Shown one piece after another: positions 14,169 to 27,641 of a DNA stretch of 64,000 nt (position 1 is the stretch's first letter; every line of letters starts with the position of its first letter). The stretch spans positions 18,917,590 through 18,981,589 of the forward strand of contig CM119264.1 of the NCBI GenBank assembly GCA_051294375.1, written 5' to 3'. The notes under the pieces are model-generated. The model did not search any database. It had not been told where the DNA came from and saw nothing but the letters and a program-made list of their open reading frames with translations. Source of the stretch: Paraspadella gotoi. Lineage: Eukaryota > Animalia > Chaetognatha. A program made the translations under genes and the position numbers.

Positions 14169-17100
14169 ATGCCGAAATACGAAAAGTTCAATGATGACGA
14201 CGGCGAAGACGAAATCGGCGAATCAACGACGACAAGAGATGACGTTGAGGGTGACCTTCAAAACGACCGCAAAGCGCCTGGCGTCAAAGGGTTAGACGAA
14301 AACGCCGCGTCCGACTCAGACGACGATGCCATGAACTACGACGCATCGGCCGACGACTCCACGCGCGAATCGACACGTAAAGAAAAAATAAATGGAAGAA
14401 AATCACCGCGACCAAAAGTCTGCATCGTGCAAGTGAGAATCGCTCGCTCGGTTGATGAATTTAACAATCAATTAGTCAATCAATTAATCAGCCTAAACAG
14501 TTAACAGTCGACAGTATCATCAGATTTTACCAAGTCAATTAAATTGGATATCGCATACATTATTCTAATCTTATATTACATATCAGGCTCGACGTGTCAG
14601 CTTCCGTTCTTTGGAGGAGGACGTAGAGATCTCCACGAACAATCAACCTGTGGACGCCCGACGCCGAGGTTCACACGAGCCGCTGGGAGAGTTTGAACTT
14701 CGCCTGGCCGCCTGTTTAGTCAGAGACGTTCGATACTCGAGAAGCGTTGACTTTGAACACACAGAGAAGTCGTTGAAGGTGAGAAAACTTCCTCATCACA
14801 TTTTTTTGTTTATTGCACTATATCAATGTTTATCTCTGATTATTTTTTACCGTCAACTAATTGACCACTCTATAGTCCTACATAAAATACAACAGCACCC
14901 TGTTCCGATGGGGACAAGTCATAGTACTTCTGATCAACTTGATGATGGCATTGTTCGAACGCCCCGCCCTCAACGGCGACATGATGCCCTATTTCGTCTC
15001 CATCATTCTCGAGCTCTTCTGCATCCTATTTTATATTCTCAGATTTTGTCATCTCTATACATTCAGCAACAAAAAAAGGTTAGCAGTCTTTTTTAGCATT
15101 TTTAAAAAGTAACCGTCAGTTTAATAAATGATAATAAATCATTAGATAATCAGGGACAGGATTAATCATTTTAATTTTATCTCAAAGAACAAGTTAATAA
15201 GTTTCTTAAGGGGACCAAATGACTAGGGGGCACAGTGATCCAAATGGCCTAAATTTCTGGAAAAACCTTTTTTTAGCAAAAACAATTTTTTTTCGTATAC
15301 TGATTATCATAGATGCCCTCTGAGGTTGTTTAAAACGTTTCAAATAATAAAAAGTGATTTTAAAAAATATGGAAAAAAAATTCATTTTACCGCAAATTGG
15401 TTCTTAAAAAAAATCATTTATGGTAGTTGAACAATTTTTGATTTATAATTTTGATATTAAAAAGAAATTGACCCAACTTAATTATTTTTTTATTATTTTA
15501 AGTAATAGGTGTATATTTGCTAAATATAAAATCATCAATTTAATCTTTTTTAAAGTGCGCTAAGCAAATTAAGATCGGAAATTCGGTCAAAGAAAAGAAT
15601 CATATGGTAATTCCTGAAGAATATCGAATTCTTTTTTATTATTTTTGGAATGAAAAGCATTTTTAAATTTCTCAAAAGGGCGGACAAATGCGGATGAGCT
15701 TTAATTAATAACTGATTAGTGATAGAGAGAATCATTAGGAACTAAATCTGGTTGATTGAAATCGGTTAAATTCGATAAGTTTTTACATGTTTTTCATATC
15801 ATACATAGTGATATAATATAAAAATATTTTTTTATATGTTAACAAAAAAACAAAGAGCTTTTAACATAACAAAGTCAAATAATTTTTCTCTTCCACCCAT
15901 GTGGTAAAACAAACCTCTCAAAGATTCACCCAAAAATAAAGATTTGCTTATAACTTTAGAAAGAATAATTTTTGGAAAATGTTATCTTACATAAGATTTT
16001 GTACCATTACTATGGAAAGACTGAATATGCATTTATGCCCGTAAGTTCAAGTGGCTTTTATCCGGTTTTATTTTTTTTTTGGATCACATTGGGAGGGTAA
16101 AAAGCTGAAAAGCATAGTGTTTGATCTAACTATATCATTCTTTCTTCTCTGGTCATTTGAAAAAGTAATTAAAAAATTCAATATAATCATATCTTCAGCA
16201 AAATTAGGATTGATTAAAAATTTAAGTTATCGACTGATTCTTTTTTCAAATGATTCTATTAATTGGATAAAAATAAAACTTTTTTTGAATAATATAAATA
16301 TAAAATAAGGAGAAAGGTTCAATATTTTTGTAAATTTTAAACGTTTATAATTAAAAAGTTAATAGAGTTTATTAATATTTTTAAAGGCTTAACATAAATA
16401 TATTTTATTTTTAGTTTTATTTTTACTAAAAAGATTTTAAGAGTTTAAATATTGCTTCTAAAGACATATAAAAAGGAGGAATTATCAGCCTTTTTTGAAC
16501 AAGGCTAAAACCTAAAATTTTAGCTCTGAACAAAAAATAGAAAATTATAATTTAATAAAAAATATATTTCATTACAAAAATAAAAGAATTGCAGGTATGA
16601 ATATTTAAGGAAGATCAACTAAATTTTTTTATAATTATTAAATTTTTATTTATAATACAAAAAAAGATTAAAATTTTTTCACCACTTTCTCCTTCAAAAA
16701 AAAATTATTAACTATTACTATTCAAATTCTTTTAATGATAGTGTGGTGGAATATTCATACCGCCTCACATCCATTATCGTTCAGCCAATCTCATTGGCTC
16801 AGAGGGGGAATGCACCATCCCATAATATAATTTTTATCAATGGGTCCCCTCAACTCGATTTTAATTCATAACATGTTCTCATCAGGTTTTGGAAGGATAA
16901 AAAGAACATCGTTTTGTTGATATGCATTATTTTAACGCTACTCGATATTTTCATGTTCGTCATTGTTCAAGAGGTGAGTAAATTTAAAGGGTTCCGCGGG
17001 ATATGTTTTTATTTTTCCTCTTCTCACAAAAAGGTCAACGACTCTCTCCTGGCGGTGTGGCCCCGTTGGAGTCGCCCTCTCCGACCCTTCTTCCTCTGCA

Positions 17101-20100
17101 ATTTAAGCGAATCTAACCAGATCCGTCGAGCGTTTCGAAACATCCGTCGAACGATTCCCGACATCTTCAACGTGCTTGTACTTTTTTTTATGACCGTCGC
17201 GCTCTTCGCTTTACTTGGAGTCAAACTCTTTGGGTCCAAAGGTCTCCTTGATCCACAAGGCAGGCCCTATTTTGTTGACTACTTCGACGCCGGTCAGTTG
17301 TAACATAGCGTCCTAGCAAAGAAGATATAGCAAAGCATGTTGAATCAGTTTGATTGATATTCTTCTATTATAATTACTCTATAATAAATATATATTTAAT
17401 GTTATATCACCTTTTAAAAGAGTATATTTTCTTCTGTTTATACCTTATTATTAAACGTTCACCCCTGTATTTTACCCTTATACTATATAGCTTAATATAT
17501 GTTATATATATATGTTACATATATGTAATAGCTTAATATATGTTATTAACTAAATTATAATTGACAATTTTTCACTAGTGTGGGACCTTTATGTGCTTGT
17601 TACGACTGCCAACAATCCAGACGTCATGATGCCTGCGTACGACCAATCGTCTTTTTACAGTATTTTCTTCCTCTCGTATTTGATTATATGTTTGTACCTT
17701 TTCATGTCTATAATTCTCGCTGTCATTTACAACAACTACAAAAAACATCTTAAAAACGAGGTGATTATGTAAATAAAAAATGACATAAAATAATACCAGC
17801 TCTATTAAAAAATTCAAGTACTCCACGCTGTCATGGATTTTATTTCTTAAGGTCCAAAAGTATGTTTTTCGAAAGCGACGAAAGTTGGGCAAGGCTTTCG
17901 AGATGCTTAAGACCTGGGCGAACGGGCGGTTTGTGTTACCAAAGTCACGATGGTACCCTTTGATGGAGGAGGTGGTTCCGGGAAGAGGGCCTAACTATGC
18001 GGATCTTCTCTGGCAAGTGTTGGACGTCGACGGAGACAACTATATAACGAAGCAGAGGTAAAAAGATAATAGTATGGCAACAGCCGGGTTGCTTGTAAAG
18101 CCAATTGAGATTTGAGATGGGGCATCTCTCTGTTGGCTTTAGAGGATACCGAACTTCAGTGACGACTCGTGTTTCGGGCGCGGTTACCCTAGACATTAGA
18201 ACGTAACGCTTGGGATCGTGCGTTCTCCCTCTGAGCCAATGGGCTTGGCTGCCTGAATCTGAAGGTGAGGCAGTGTTCCTCAAGCCTGAGGGGTAACTGA
18301 CAAGACTTACCATAATGAGAGCAAGTTGTAGGGCTGAGGCGTAGGATGCATACCCTGAAGGCAGTTGATCAGGCAAAGGGCATAGGCGAAGGGATTACCC
18401 TGACGGCGAGCGTGTCTGGGGCCCGCAAACTCAGACACAGAGCGCAGCAGTTGCGTGTTTGAGAGATGGGCTCAACAGCCGGGTTATCTGTGATGCCCAT
18501 TGGGATGGGGCATCTAACTATTCTAACTCACCCTCAGTGACACCTCCTGTCACTCGCGGTCTCGCTTTGCCAACTTATAGGGAAGTCGTTTGGACTGAGG
18601 GATGGTGCTTTCCCTCTTTTGAGCGAATGGGATTGGCTGAATGAAGCTGGAGGTGAAGCAGGGTTAATATACCGCCACAATAGAAAAATTTACAAAAAAT
18701 AATGTTTACGAGGCCTCAAAATTAGAACGAAAAACAGTTTCTTAGAATTATTATTAATATTAGGATCGGAGAGTATAGCTACCGATTGTTGTGTATTACG
18801 TAGTTTTATTACCTACAGTTTTCTCAATATCGTTGATCTACTTAACGTTGGCCTATCGGAGGTGAGGGATCGCGAGATATGGTTCGCGCGCATGTTTCCG
18901 CGCGCGTGGAATAACCGAGCTTGCGAGTTACTTCGCGCTTTCGTCCGTCACAAAGCTTTCCGAGTCTTTTTCGACGTCAGTATTGTCGCCAACGCTTTTG
19001 TCATCGGTCTAGTCAGCGACAATGTCAAGCAACTTAAGGCGAGATTTAATCCTGATCAGTGACTGTTCGCTTTTAGTTTTATTCTCAAACTTACAAATAT
19101 TCGAACAAATTTTATTTGGATCCTAGGCGGAGTATTTCTTTCTGTTTCTGTTCACGTTGGAGATCCTCTTGAAGCTATTCACCTTCGGCTCGCGTCACTT
19201 TTTCACGCGATTATGGAATATCTTTGATACGGTGATCATCGGCGCGGCTTTGATTGGCACAATCATAGAAGTTTTTGCTCAGGAGCTGGCGTACAACCGA
19301 GAAACGCTAGACGTTTTAATGGTACGAGTTGGCTAGATTAGTAGATGTCTAATGAAATTAATAATAGCTAATTACGTTGGGATGTTGGTTGGGAAATATA
19401 TATTTTTTTCATAATTAACTACTACTTATACTTAAACTTTATACTGTTAATGGTAGGTTCTTCGAGTTCTCCGTCTGGTCAAAATTATCGGCAGCGTGGA
19501 ACGCTTTAAGATTGTGGTCAAGACCATTCTCAACATCGGCCCGTCAATCTTTACCTACGCCATCGTTTGCTTCGTCTTCTTTTACATCTATGCAATCGTG
19601 GGGATGGAACTGTTCTCTGGAATGAGTCGACACGGAAACGTCACCGCCGACCCAAGGGCTGAATTTTGTTTCAACGAAAATCTCAAAGGGTCCGACTTTG
19701 CCAAGGACAACTACTGCAAAGGTGAGAATGAACGAATTTACAAAGCTTGAGTGCAGACAACTGCTCTTCGTAAATTTTAAATCTGTCTTAGTGAACTTTA
19801 ACAACCTCGCCTCTGCCATGGTGACTCTCTTTACCCTCATGGTCGTGAATCAGTGGCACGTGATCGCCGAGGGCTTTGTCCTCGCCACTTCGAAATGGGC
19901 GCGAATTTACTTTTTTTCCTTTCACATGGTCGTGGTTATTTTAGTTCTAAATATTTTCACGGCTTTCATCCTAGAAGTACGTCGGGTTTTCTGAATTCTA
20001 ATTAAATGAGCCGACGTTCTAATCAACATTTCATTCATATTTGTCTTGAAAAAGGTTTTTATTCTGGAATATTCATTGGGAAAAGGCAAACTAGAATTTG

Positions 20101-20759
20101 CGATAGAAACCAAGATTCACGAGTTGGGTCTTGGACTGGATCAAAAAAAAACCCGGGACAAAATGGCCGGGAAAAATCGGAGCAAGGGCGAAGAAAAAAA
20201 GAAAAAAGGCGATCAAGAGGAAGAGATGCCCAAGTACGAAAGTCTGCAAGACGTCAACAAGACTGATGTTAGAGAAGCGAAAAAAGCCGAAGAAAGCGGC
20301 GAAGAGAGCGACTCTTCGACGCAAGTACGTAATTTTATAAGAAGATGATTAATAACTACAATAATAGTTATAAAAATATTGATAATAATAATAACTAAAT
20401 TATAATTATCGCAACAACAGTAGCAAAAACGGGCACAAAGAGAAAAATAATCATAGAAACACGAGTCAATACTGAATACATACTATCTTAAATCAGCTAA
20501 TGCCTGAAAAAATTGTGAATTTACTCTGAAACTTGTTGCGTCCACAAATAAAATTACCATTTTTCAGGATCTATCGGAACTAACCGGGATTCGATTCAAG
20601 CTGACAAAGAAGAAGAGTCGAAAAACCGTAGAGGTGATGCTGCAAAGACTATTCGAGGACGAACTCGCTGATGGGGAGGAGATGCCGGACGAAGAAGATG
20701 ATGAAGTGGAAATCCTAGAACCCCCGTCCCCTTTGACGCTTAGAAACGTTCTTTCATGA
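14169..20759 (+). CDS. TPCN3: Two-pore channel, TPC3-like. Exons 14169-14432, 14587-14778, 14876-15078, 16886-16973, 17034-17292, 17579-17760, 17852-18057, 18819-19023/19038, 19127-19321, 19457-19721, 19792-19976, 20055-20324, 20568-20759
   Basis: Two 6-TM repeats; S4 RWSRPLRP and LRVLRLVK; pore motifs LVTTANNPDVMMPAY and LMVVNQWH; EF-hand-like LDVDGDNYI; IRRAFRNIRRT linker as in TPC3. Confidence 0.9.
15210..16849. mobile_element. TTAA-flanked non-autonomous DNA transposon (Kolobok-like) filling TPC3 intron 3, with a nested LTR fragment at 16742-16820
   Basis: TTAA|GGGGACC...GGTCCCC|TCAA; homologous to 4032-4799. Confidence 0.7.
18073..18679. mobile_element. Solo LTR-like insertion (607 bp) in TPC3 intron 7 with a 4-bp ATAG target-site duplication
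   Basis: ATAG|TATGGC...GCCACA|ATAG (near TG...CA inverted termini); GC-rich; two internal ~190-bp diverged repeats; a terminal fragment of the same family lies inverted at 16742-16820. Confidence 0.65.
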
Positions 20760-21362
20760 CAACAATTCAGTCTTTCTCACGATCCGAACAATTTACTATT
20801 TAGGTTTTGTTTCACAATTCTTCCTGCCAAACAGGGATTCCTAACCGTCAATCACCAATGCTTTGTGATCATGTGCGTTAAGTTTAAGTTTACTTTAGCG
20901 TTCAAAGTTGAACGATGAAATTTTTAGAATAGCTAATATAGCAATTAAATAGGGCAATTTCAAGCCATGTCCCCATGTTACACAAATGACATAGCGGGTG
21001 CCTACAAGCTTTCAATCAAGACTCGATATTCGATACGATACGATATATTAAACATTGCATTAACGATGAAGATAAAATCTAAACAATTTTCAAAATTAAT
21101 TTTTAGACGAACCCAATCGGGTCCTCGTCGCGAAATTTTTATTATTCCATAATCGGAATGGGAAACATTTTGTTTTTCAAACCTTTAAATTTTAGCACAG
21201 ACTAGCGACCCTGACGTCCCGAAAGCGAATCGTCTGCCACATCACCTTCTTTATCGAACAACCGGCCTTGGCATTAATAGGATATTCAGAGCGAGCGATC
21301 GACTTTTGCACGACGGCTACGAACCAACTTTTCGAGTTTTTATCTCGAACCCTTGGCCTCAG

Positions 21363-21373
21363 ATTGGTCCACG
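21363..21373 (+). promoter_or_regulatory. ERSE-II element upstream of PDI
   Basis: ATTGGtCCACG is an exact match to ATTGG-N-CCACG; further GCCACGT (~21460), GCCACATCA (~21236) and TGACGT (~21212) nearby. Confidence 0.6.
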
Positions 21374-21565
21374 TCTGATACGATACTCGGTCTTTCATTG
21401 GCCCCTTAGCGGACCGGGTGCCTTGAAAAAGCCGCGTTGCGAGAATATTTGCAAAGAGTGCCACGTTTTCCTTCATTCGCCGTCATCGACACACTCTTTC
21501 TCAAACGGACTCCCACGAGGATTTTCAAATTTTCATTTGGTGAAAACTCATTCAAATCCGGAACC

Positions 21566-23195
21566 ATGAAGTTTCTTTGGATGATTCTATCCCTGGTGGC
21601 CTTGACGCTGTCGGCGGACGTCGCCGAGGAAGAAGGCGTCCTGGTCTTGACCACTGACAACTTCGATTCCGTCATCGAAGGAAACGACCACGTTCTCGTC
21701 GAGTTTTATGCCCCGTGGTGCGGACATTGCAAGGCGCTGGCGCCCGAGTACGCGAAGGCGGCTCAACAACTCAAGGAAACGGAGTCTGCCATCAAATTGG
21801 CGAAGGCGAGTATAAAATTTTACCTAAAAAACTTAAAAATAGCCAGACTTATTTTTGAGTTCTTTCCGCTTCCTAGGTCGATGCAACGGTTGAAACAAAG
21901 CTCGCCGAGAAGTTTGAAGTCCGCGGTTACCCGACTCTCAAGTTCTTCAAAAACAAAACGCCTCTCGAATACGGCGGTGGTCGTCAGGCACAAGACATCG
22001 TCAACTGGCTTAACAAGAAGACAGGTCCCCCTGCTAAGGCCCTGTCCACAGAAGACGAGGTCAAGAGTTTCGTCGATTCCTCCGAAGTCGTTCTGGTCGG
22101 ATTCTTTAAAGACGCCGAATCGGACGCCGCCAAGGCCTTCCTCGCTGCAGCGGAAACCATCGAAGATGCTCCCTGCGGTATCGTTGTCGACGCAGCCGTC
22201 GCTGCCGCTCACAAGGTGGAGGGTGAAGTTGTCGTCCTCTTTAAGNNNNNNNNNNCGCTAACAAGGTGGAGGGTGAAGGTGTCGTCCTCTTTAAGAAGTT
22301 CGACGAGGGCCGTAACGATCTCTCGGCCGAAGGTTTGACTGCTGACAAGGTCAAGGCTCACCTCGGCGCCAACTCGCTTCCGCTCGCTGTCGAATTCACT
22401 CAAGAGTCGGCTCAGAAGATTTTTGGTGGCGAAATCAAGAATCATCTCCTTCTCTTTGTGTCAAAGAAGTCTAATGAATTTGAGAAGATCCACGATGACT
22501 TCAAGAATACGGCGGCTAAATTTAAGGGCACCGTTCTGTTCATTTACGTCGACGTCGACAACGAAGAAAACGAGAGAATCCTTGACTTTTTCGGCCTTAA
22601 GAAAGAGGACTGCCCAACGATTCGTCTTATCAACCTGGGCGAAGAGATGACCAAATACAAGCCCGAAATCACCAACCTTCTCCCTGAGGGCTTGGAGTCT
22701 TTTGTCACGAGCTTTTTGGACGGCAAGTTAAAGCCCTTCCTGATGTCAGAGGATATTCCCGAGGACTGGGACAAGAACGCCGTAAAGGTGCTGGTCGGGA
22801 AAAACTTCGAGCAGGTCGCCAACGATGAATCCAAGGGAGTTCTTGTAGAGTTCTACGCGCCATGGTGTGGCCACTGCAAGCAGCTCGCGCCAATCTGGGA
22901 AGAGCTTGGAGCCAAGTACAAGGACAACGAGGACATAGTCATCGCCAAGATGGACTCCACTGCCAACGAGTTGGAGAAAGTAAAAATCCATTCCTTTCCC
23001 ACCATTAAGTATTTTCCTAAAGGAGGTGGCGAGATGGTCGATTACAACGGCGCGAGAACCCTCGAGGGATTCTCCAAGTTTCTCGACGCCGGGGGAGTCA
23101 ATGTGGAGGAGCCTGAAGAGGAGATGGGCGAGGATGAGGAGGAAGAGGTGTCAGAAGAGGACGGAGAAGAGCAGCCTAAGAAGGAAGAGTTGTGA
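21566..23195 (+). CDS. P4HB: Protein disulfide isomerase (PDIA1/P4HB). Exons 21566-21805 and 21877-23195, with an N-gap at 22246-22255
   Basis: Signal peptide [17 protein letters not shown], two YAPWCGHCK sites, a-b-b'-a' layout, acidic tail, C-terminal KEEL retention signal. Confidence 0.95.
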
Positions 23196-24083
23196 GATTG
23201 CCAGTCGGAATTACTAATTTGGGAGTAAATTCACAGACTAACAGACTTTCAGCTTTTTTTTTTTTTAGCTGAGAATTCATGAACTCACTCCTCGCTCATT
23301 TTTTTTCGCCCCCTTCTTACTCATTCAAATTTTTATCGTACTAAGTCATTTTCTACTGTGTTTTTTCTTTGATCTGAGATAAATCATTTTCCCAAAATTT
23401 CATTTCTAAGGAAACTATTTATGGAGTTTTGTTTTAGAATTTGTAGGAATACGTAACTTAACCAGTCAATTTCATCTAATCTAGCTTGTCCGAAACTTAA
23501 TCGGAAAAACAAACATTCATAAGTAAACGAAGGCTCTTTCGTGCCGAATAGCCTATACTTAGGACTAATTAAAATGATTCAATTATTAAAAGCGCAGAAA
23601 TTATCAAAATCTATAGAAATGTAATGATGACATCATTACTAATGATGTACGTAAGTGCTAGATTTGGGGTTTCGCAATTAGTATTTATTTCGGACTGAAA
23701 GCGAGGCTTTAAATTCATTACAACCCGGGCTAAATTTTATTTTCGCCGACCGCGTTTTTGGCGGCTTTTGAAAAATTAAAAATATTTACTTTTACTTTCG
23801 CCGACCAGCGTTAAGTAGTCCAGTTTGATTATCCTAAATTTGTCCAGGAGAAAAACCCAATATAAGTTAGCCAACACAAAAGCTTTATCCTCTGACGAAA
23901 TTCTTCAAAGGCAAACTGGACCAAATTGCACTTCACACCTGACTATTTCGCAAACGTAAATTTATTTCCCAGTTTGACAAAGGTTCTTTGTTTTATCACA
24001 AATTTAATTCCAATAAAACGATCATTATATAAAAGATAGGTTCAGGCAATTCATGTTTCTGATAGTAAAATGCTTTTGGAGAA

Positions 24084-26698
24084 TTAGAAATGCGTTCGAC
24101 ATCCTACGATTGAGCCTCGCGTTGGTTTTGAACATGATTCCAAAGGTCGTCCTTTCGGGTTCCGCTTTGTGTCGGCCAGGCTAACAAATATGAAATTTTA
24201 ATTGCATGAGTATACAAACCTAATGATAAAAGAGAATTATTATAGATACATAGAACTTACGAATAAATGGTTCTTTCAGTTTTTTTCCAGATTCTATAGG
24301 TTTTGCGGCTGCGTTCTGTTTAGTTTCGCTTAAAAGTTTGTTCAGAGTAGGATAATTTTGTTGCCTTCTTTGTTGAAGCAACTTTTGAAATAAATCCTGC
24401 AACGATACATGAAATACCATTAAATACTGAAAACCAAACTAATACAGTGCCGTATAAAAAAAACTAATAAGTCACGAAACGTAGGCATTACAAAAACGGG
24501 CCAAATAATCTTCACCTTTTCTCGGAAATACGACGCGTTAACTTGTAAATTTTCTCCATTTTGCAACAACGTTTCTGCCCTCATATTGAACCCAAAAGAA
24601 CGACCCTACGTGAAATATTAGTTTATTTTATTGATATTACCAATTTCATTAATTGAAAAAAACATTTTATAGTCAAGAAACAATAGACGGACCTTGGAGC
24701 TTATCAAAACATGAAACATCCGATTTACCCATCCAAATACGAATGATGTAAATCTCTTTGTAATACTTGAATACTGTTGAATCTATTATATCCTAACATA
24801 CATACTTGTTCCAATAATAGATATTGCAAAAATTCAATACAAGATAGCAAAATTAAATACAAAATAGCTTATTTATTAAATATTGGTTGTACCATTTCAT
24901 ACTTTGCTACACTTCGTTTCATATTATTAATTCCACAACCGTCCCAATTATTTAAAATTTTTCACAATTACGTTCTGAGCTAGAGTTTCTTCCTCTAACG
25001 GATCCTCGTCTTCAGCATCACAGTGATTGGCACAGCTTTTGTTTCGCCAACGACGGCCTGTTAACGCCCTGGGGGGAAAAACAATGTATTTTTATACGTA
25101 CATAATTATTTTTACCTAATAGTAATACCTTATCGATTCTTTTTTTCAATTCTCTTATATTATGTGATTAACTTATTATTTAGGCAAGAAATTAAAAGTT
25201 GAAAGCAATTAATTTTTTTACCTTGGATTTGCAAGACAATCATGGTCCACTTTAGGAAATTCCGTCTCATTAACATTGTAGCCAGTCGAATTCTTACAAC
25301 TTTCTCCTGGTAAGGACGCTTTGGCAGATTGAGGACGAGCAGCTGGCTTGACGGATTTAGGTGTTGGACCTTTAGCGGACTGAGGTCGGCCGATGAGGTG
25401 GACGGATTGAGATCGCGGAGACAAGGCCGAGCGGCGAAAAATTACGGCTTCGTTACCGCAAAGAGTGATTCCATCGATCGGATTAAGGATCGATTCCAGC
25501 TGAGTCTTTCAAGGAAATTTAAGGGATCAGAAGTCGCCTAGAATTCTAAGAAGTAGGTTTTCATCAACCCATGATTTCTAGTTTATCACCTGCAAAGTGA
25601 CTGCTTTCCGTTCTCTATCGCTGTAAACGGGTGACCGAAAATTTATTAGGTCCGCAAGAGAATTGTCTTCCACGTCGATACCTTGCGAGGTCGCCGTAGG
25701 GGAATGAGCGCCATCAGCTCCATAAAAAGTCTGCATCAAACTTCTCTTTTCAGTATGAGAATAATATGTAACTTGCCTTTTGCGTAATTTTAATGAAAAT
25801 TACCCTCTCATCGTTTTTGGCTTCTTGCTGTTGTTTTTGCCGCAAGAGATCAAGCTCGTTGATCTCCTTAAGAATTCTTTTCAGGATGGTGGCTTCGTCG
25901 GGTTCCTGTTTCGGTTTCTAGAATTGAAAAACATATAAAATAAGCAAATTTAACCTTATAAAAAATGTAATTCTTCCCAAATTTTAAACGTGACTCGTTA
26001 AAAATTTTACGCTTTAATTGTTACTTTCATTCTAAATGCTAGCTTTAAATTTAAGTTCAAATACTTCAACCAATTTTTTAACCATAGCTATAACCACAAA
26101 TTTAGAAGCTTATGAAATGGCCTTTCCTGCACATTGCACAATTTTCAATGCGTTTACTTTTTGAAAAATTACTTTTGGTAAGGCTGGCATCTGAACCAAA
26201 ACTACGTCATTGAGATTAGGTACTGAAGGTTTGAATCGAGAACACAGATCATCTTCGAAGGAACATAGTTTCAGCATCGGTCTGATCGAAGTAGGGTTGT
26301 GAGAATTTCTGAAAAAAAAAAAGTATTTTAAGAACTTAAAACCAAAGACATGACGATCTAATTATAAACCTGCTTTTCTTTGGTCGTATTTTAGTTTTTC
26401 CGTTTAACTCTTCCTGGTCGGAGTCCGAATCCGACCCAGACAAACCCATCATGTGTTCTGGTCGTTTTGAATAATATAAACCTAGCGAAACGTTATAAGC
26501 ACACAATTGTTTGTCGAAAGGCTCGAAGGTAGGAGTAGCAGTCGATGGCTTCGGCTTGGCTGGTGCGTTGGAGGTTTTCTGTTTAAAGTTATTATGCCTA
26601 GTTGAATATTTTATCGATTGCGAAAGTACCATGTTTAGCTTACCTCATTTTGAGATCTTTTTTTACTTGAAACTATCAATTTATTTTGCCGCTTTAAA
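24084..26698 (-). CDS. Uncharacterised multi-exon protein (RPQSAK repeats; predicted end KPTRGSIVGCRTHF*); start codon uncertain
   Basis: About 9 exon-like blocks with GT/AG borders (e.g. ~26370-26578, ~25221-25540, ~24515-24605, 24084-24180); no family recognised. Confidence 0.55.
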
Positions 26699-26855
26699 CT
26701 GGAAAATTAAAGAAAAAACGATTGAAAAAGGCTTCAACTTTTGAAACAAAGTAGGTACATACTTTGACCAACAGACAAGTATTTATACATCGAAAATTTC
26801 TCGAGAGCATGAGCACAATTAACTACGACACAGTGAAACTGTAATGAATCAATAA

Positions 26856-27641
26856 CTAAAATCGACCACGCTTATTGGGCGGACCACCACCCCCAGAAAA
26901 TGGTCTTTTAAATCCACCACCGCCTCCGCCAAAACCCCCTCTTCCTCTCCCTCGTCCCCCAAATCCGCCTCCGCCACTTCCGCGGGCCCCGCCTCCTCCA
27001 CGTCCAAATCCACCCCCGCGGCCGCCTCGGCTTCCTCGCCCGCCACCCCGCCCGCCACCCCGCCCACCGCCGCGTCCAGATTGTGCACCGGGCAGGAAGC
27101 GACTTAAAGGTAAGAGTTTGTTTACGTCAATAAAAAATTTCGTCGCCGAAGCGAAAGAGGCGGCTTTAACGTCGTTGTTGAGTTTTACGCTAAAATAATA
27201 ATCGCGTATCGAGCCAAAAATTTCGTCAACTGTAAATGGAAAGAAAGTTAATTGAAAAAAAGTTAACGGTACAATATAAATGACGGTATTTTGAAACTAA
27301 GTTTACCTTTTCCGATCTGTTGTTTGTTCTCAAGAAAGATGGGGGCGTTAAAGTAAGGGACTTGCTCCGTTTTGGTTGACTTGCAAACAAGATCTTCTTG
27401 ACAAGGATGCTTCATTTCTCCTATCTCCGTCACCTCATCCGGTGGCCCTTGATCCTAAAAATGAGAATGGAAAATGTGTGTTAAAATTATATAAAAAAAT
27501 AAAATTAATCTAGTTCGTTTTTGGCCCAATTATGTAGTCTTATCATACCTGGTATCTGTTGAAACCACCTCTTCCGCCCCTACCACCACCCCGAAAAGAG
27601 CCTCGGCCTCCACCCCTGCCTCTTCCTCCACCACGAAACAT
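26856..27641 (-). CDS. GAR1: H/ACA snoRNP subunit GAR1. Exons 27549-27641, 27307-27454, 26856-27229
   Basis: RGG N- and C-terminal tails flanking DQGPPDEV...[10 protein letters not shown]...[24 protein letters not shown]...[10 protein letters not shown]. Confidence 0.95.

Noticed and set aside
18530-18635. HDV-like ribozyme resemblance (CACCTCCT..TCGCGGT, GCGAATGGGA)
   Set aside because: L3 has extra bases and I could not build P1, P1.1 and P2 consistently; treated as part of the LTR unless the family consensus folds
17945-18644. ORFs 17945-18376 and 18459-18644; also group I intron, telomerase RNA or RNase P identity for the GC-rich intron island
   Set aside because: No conserved P/Q/R/S, template or CR motifs; the TSD and terminal repeats explain it as an insertion
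22206-22295. Apparent split of PDI into two ORFs with a 40-bp tandem duplication
   Set aside because: The duplicate flanks a 10-N gap and differs at two bases: overlapping contig ends or haplotypes, an assembly artefact
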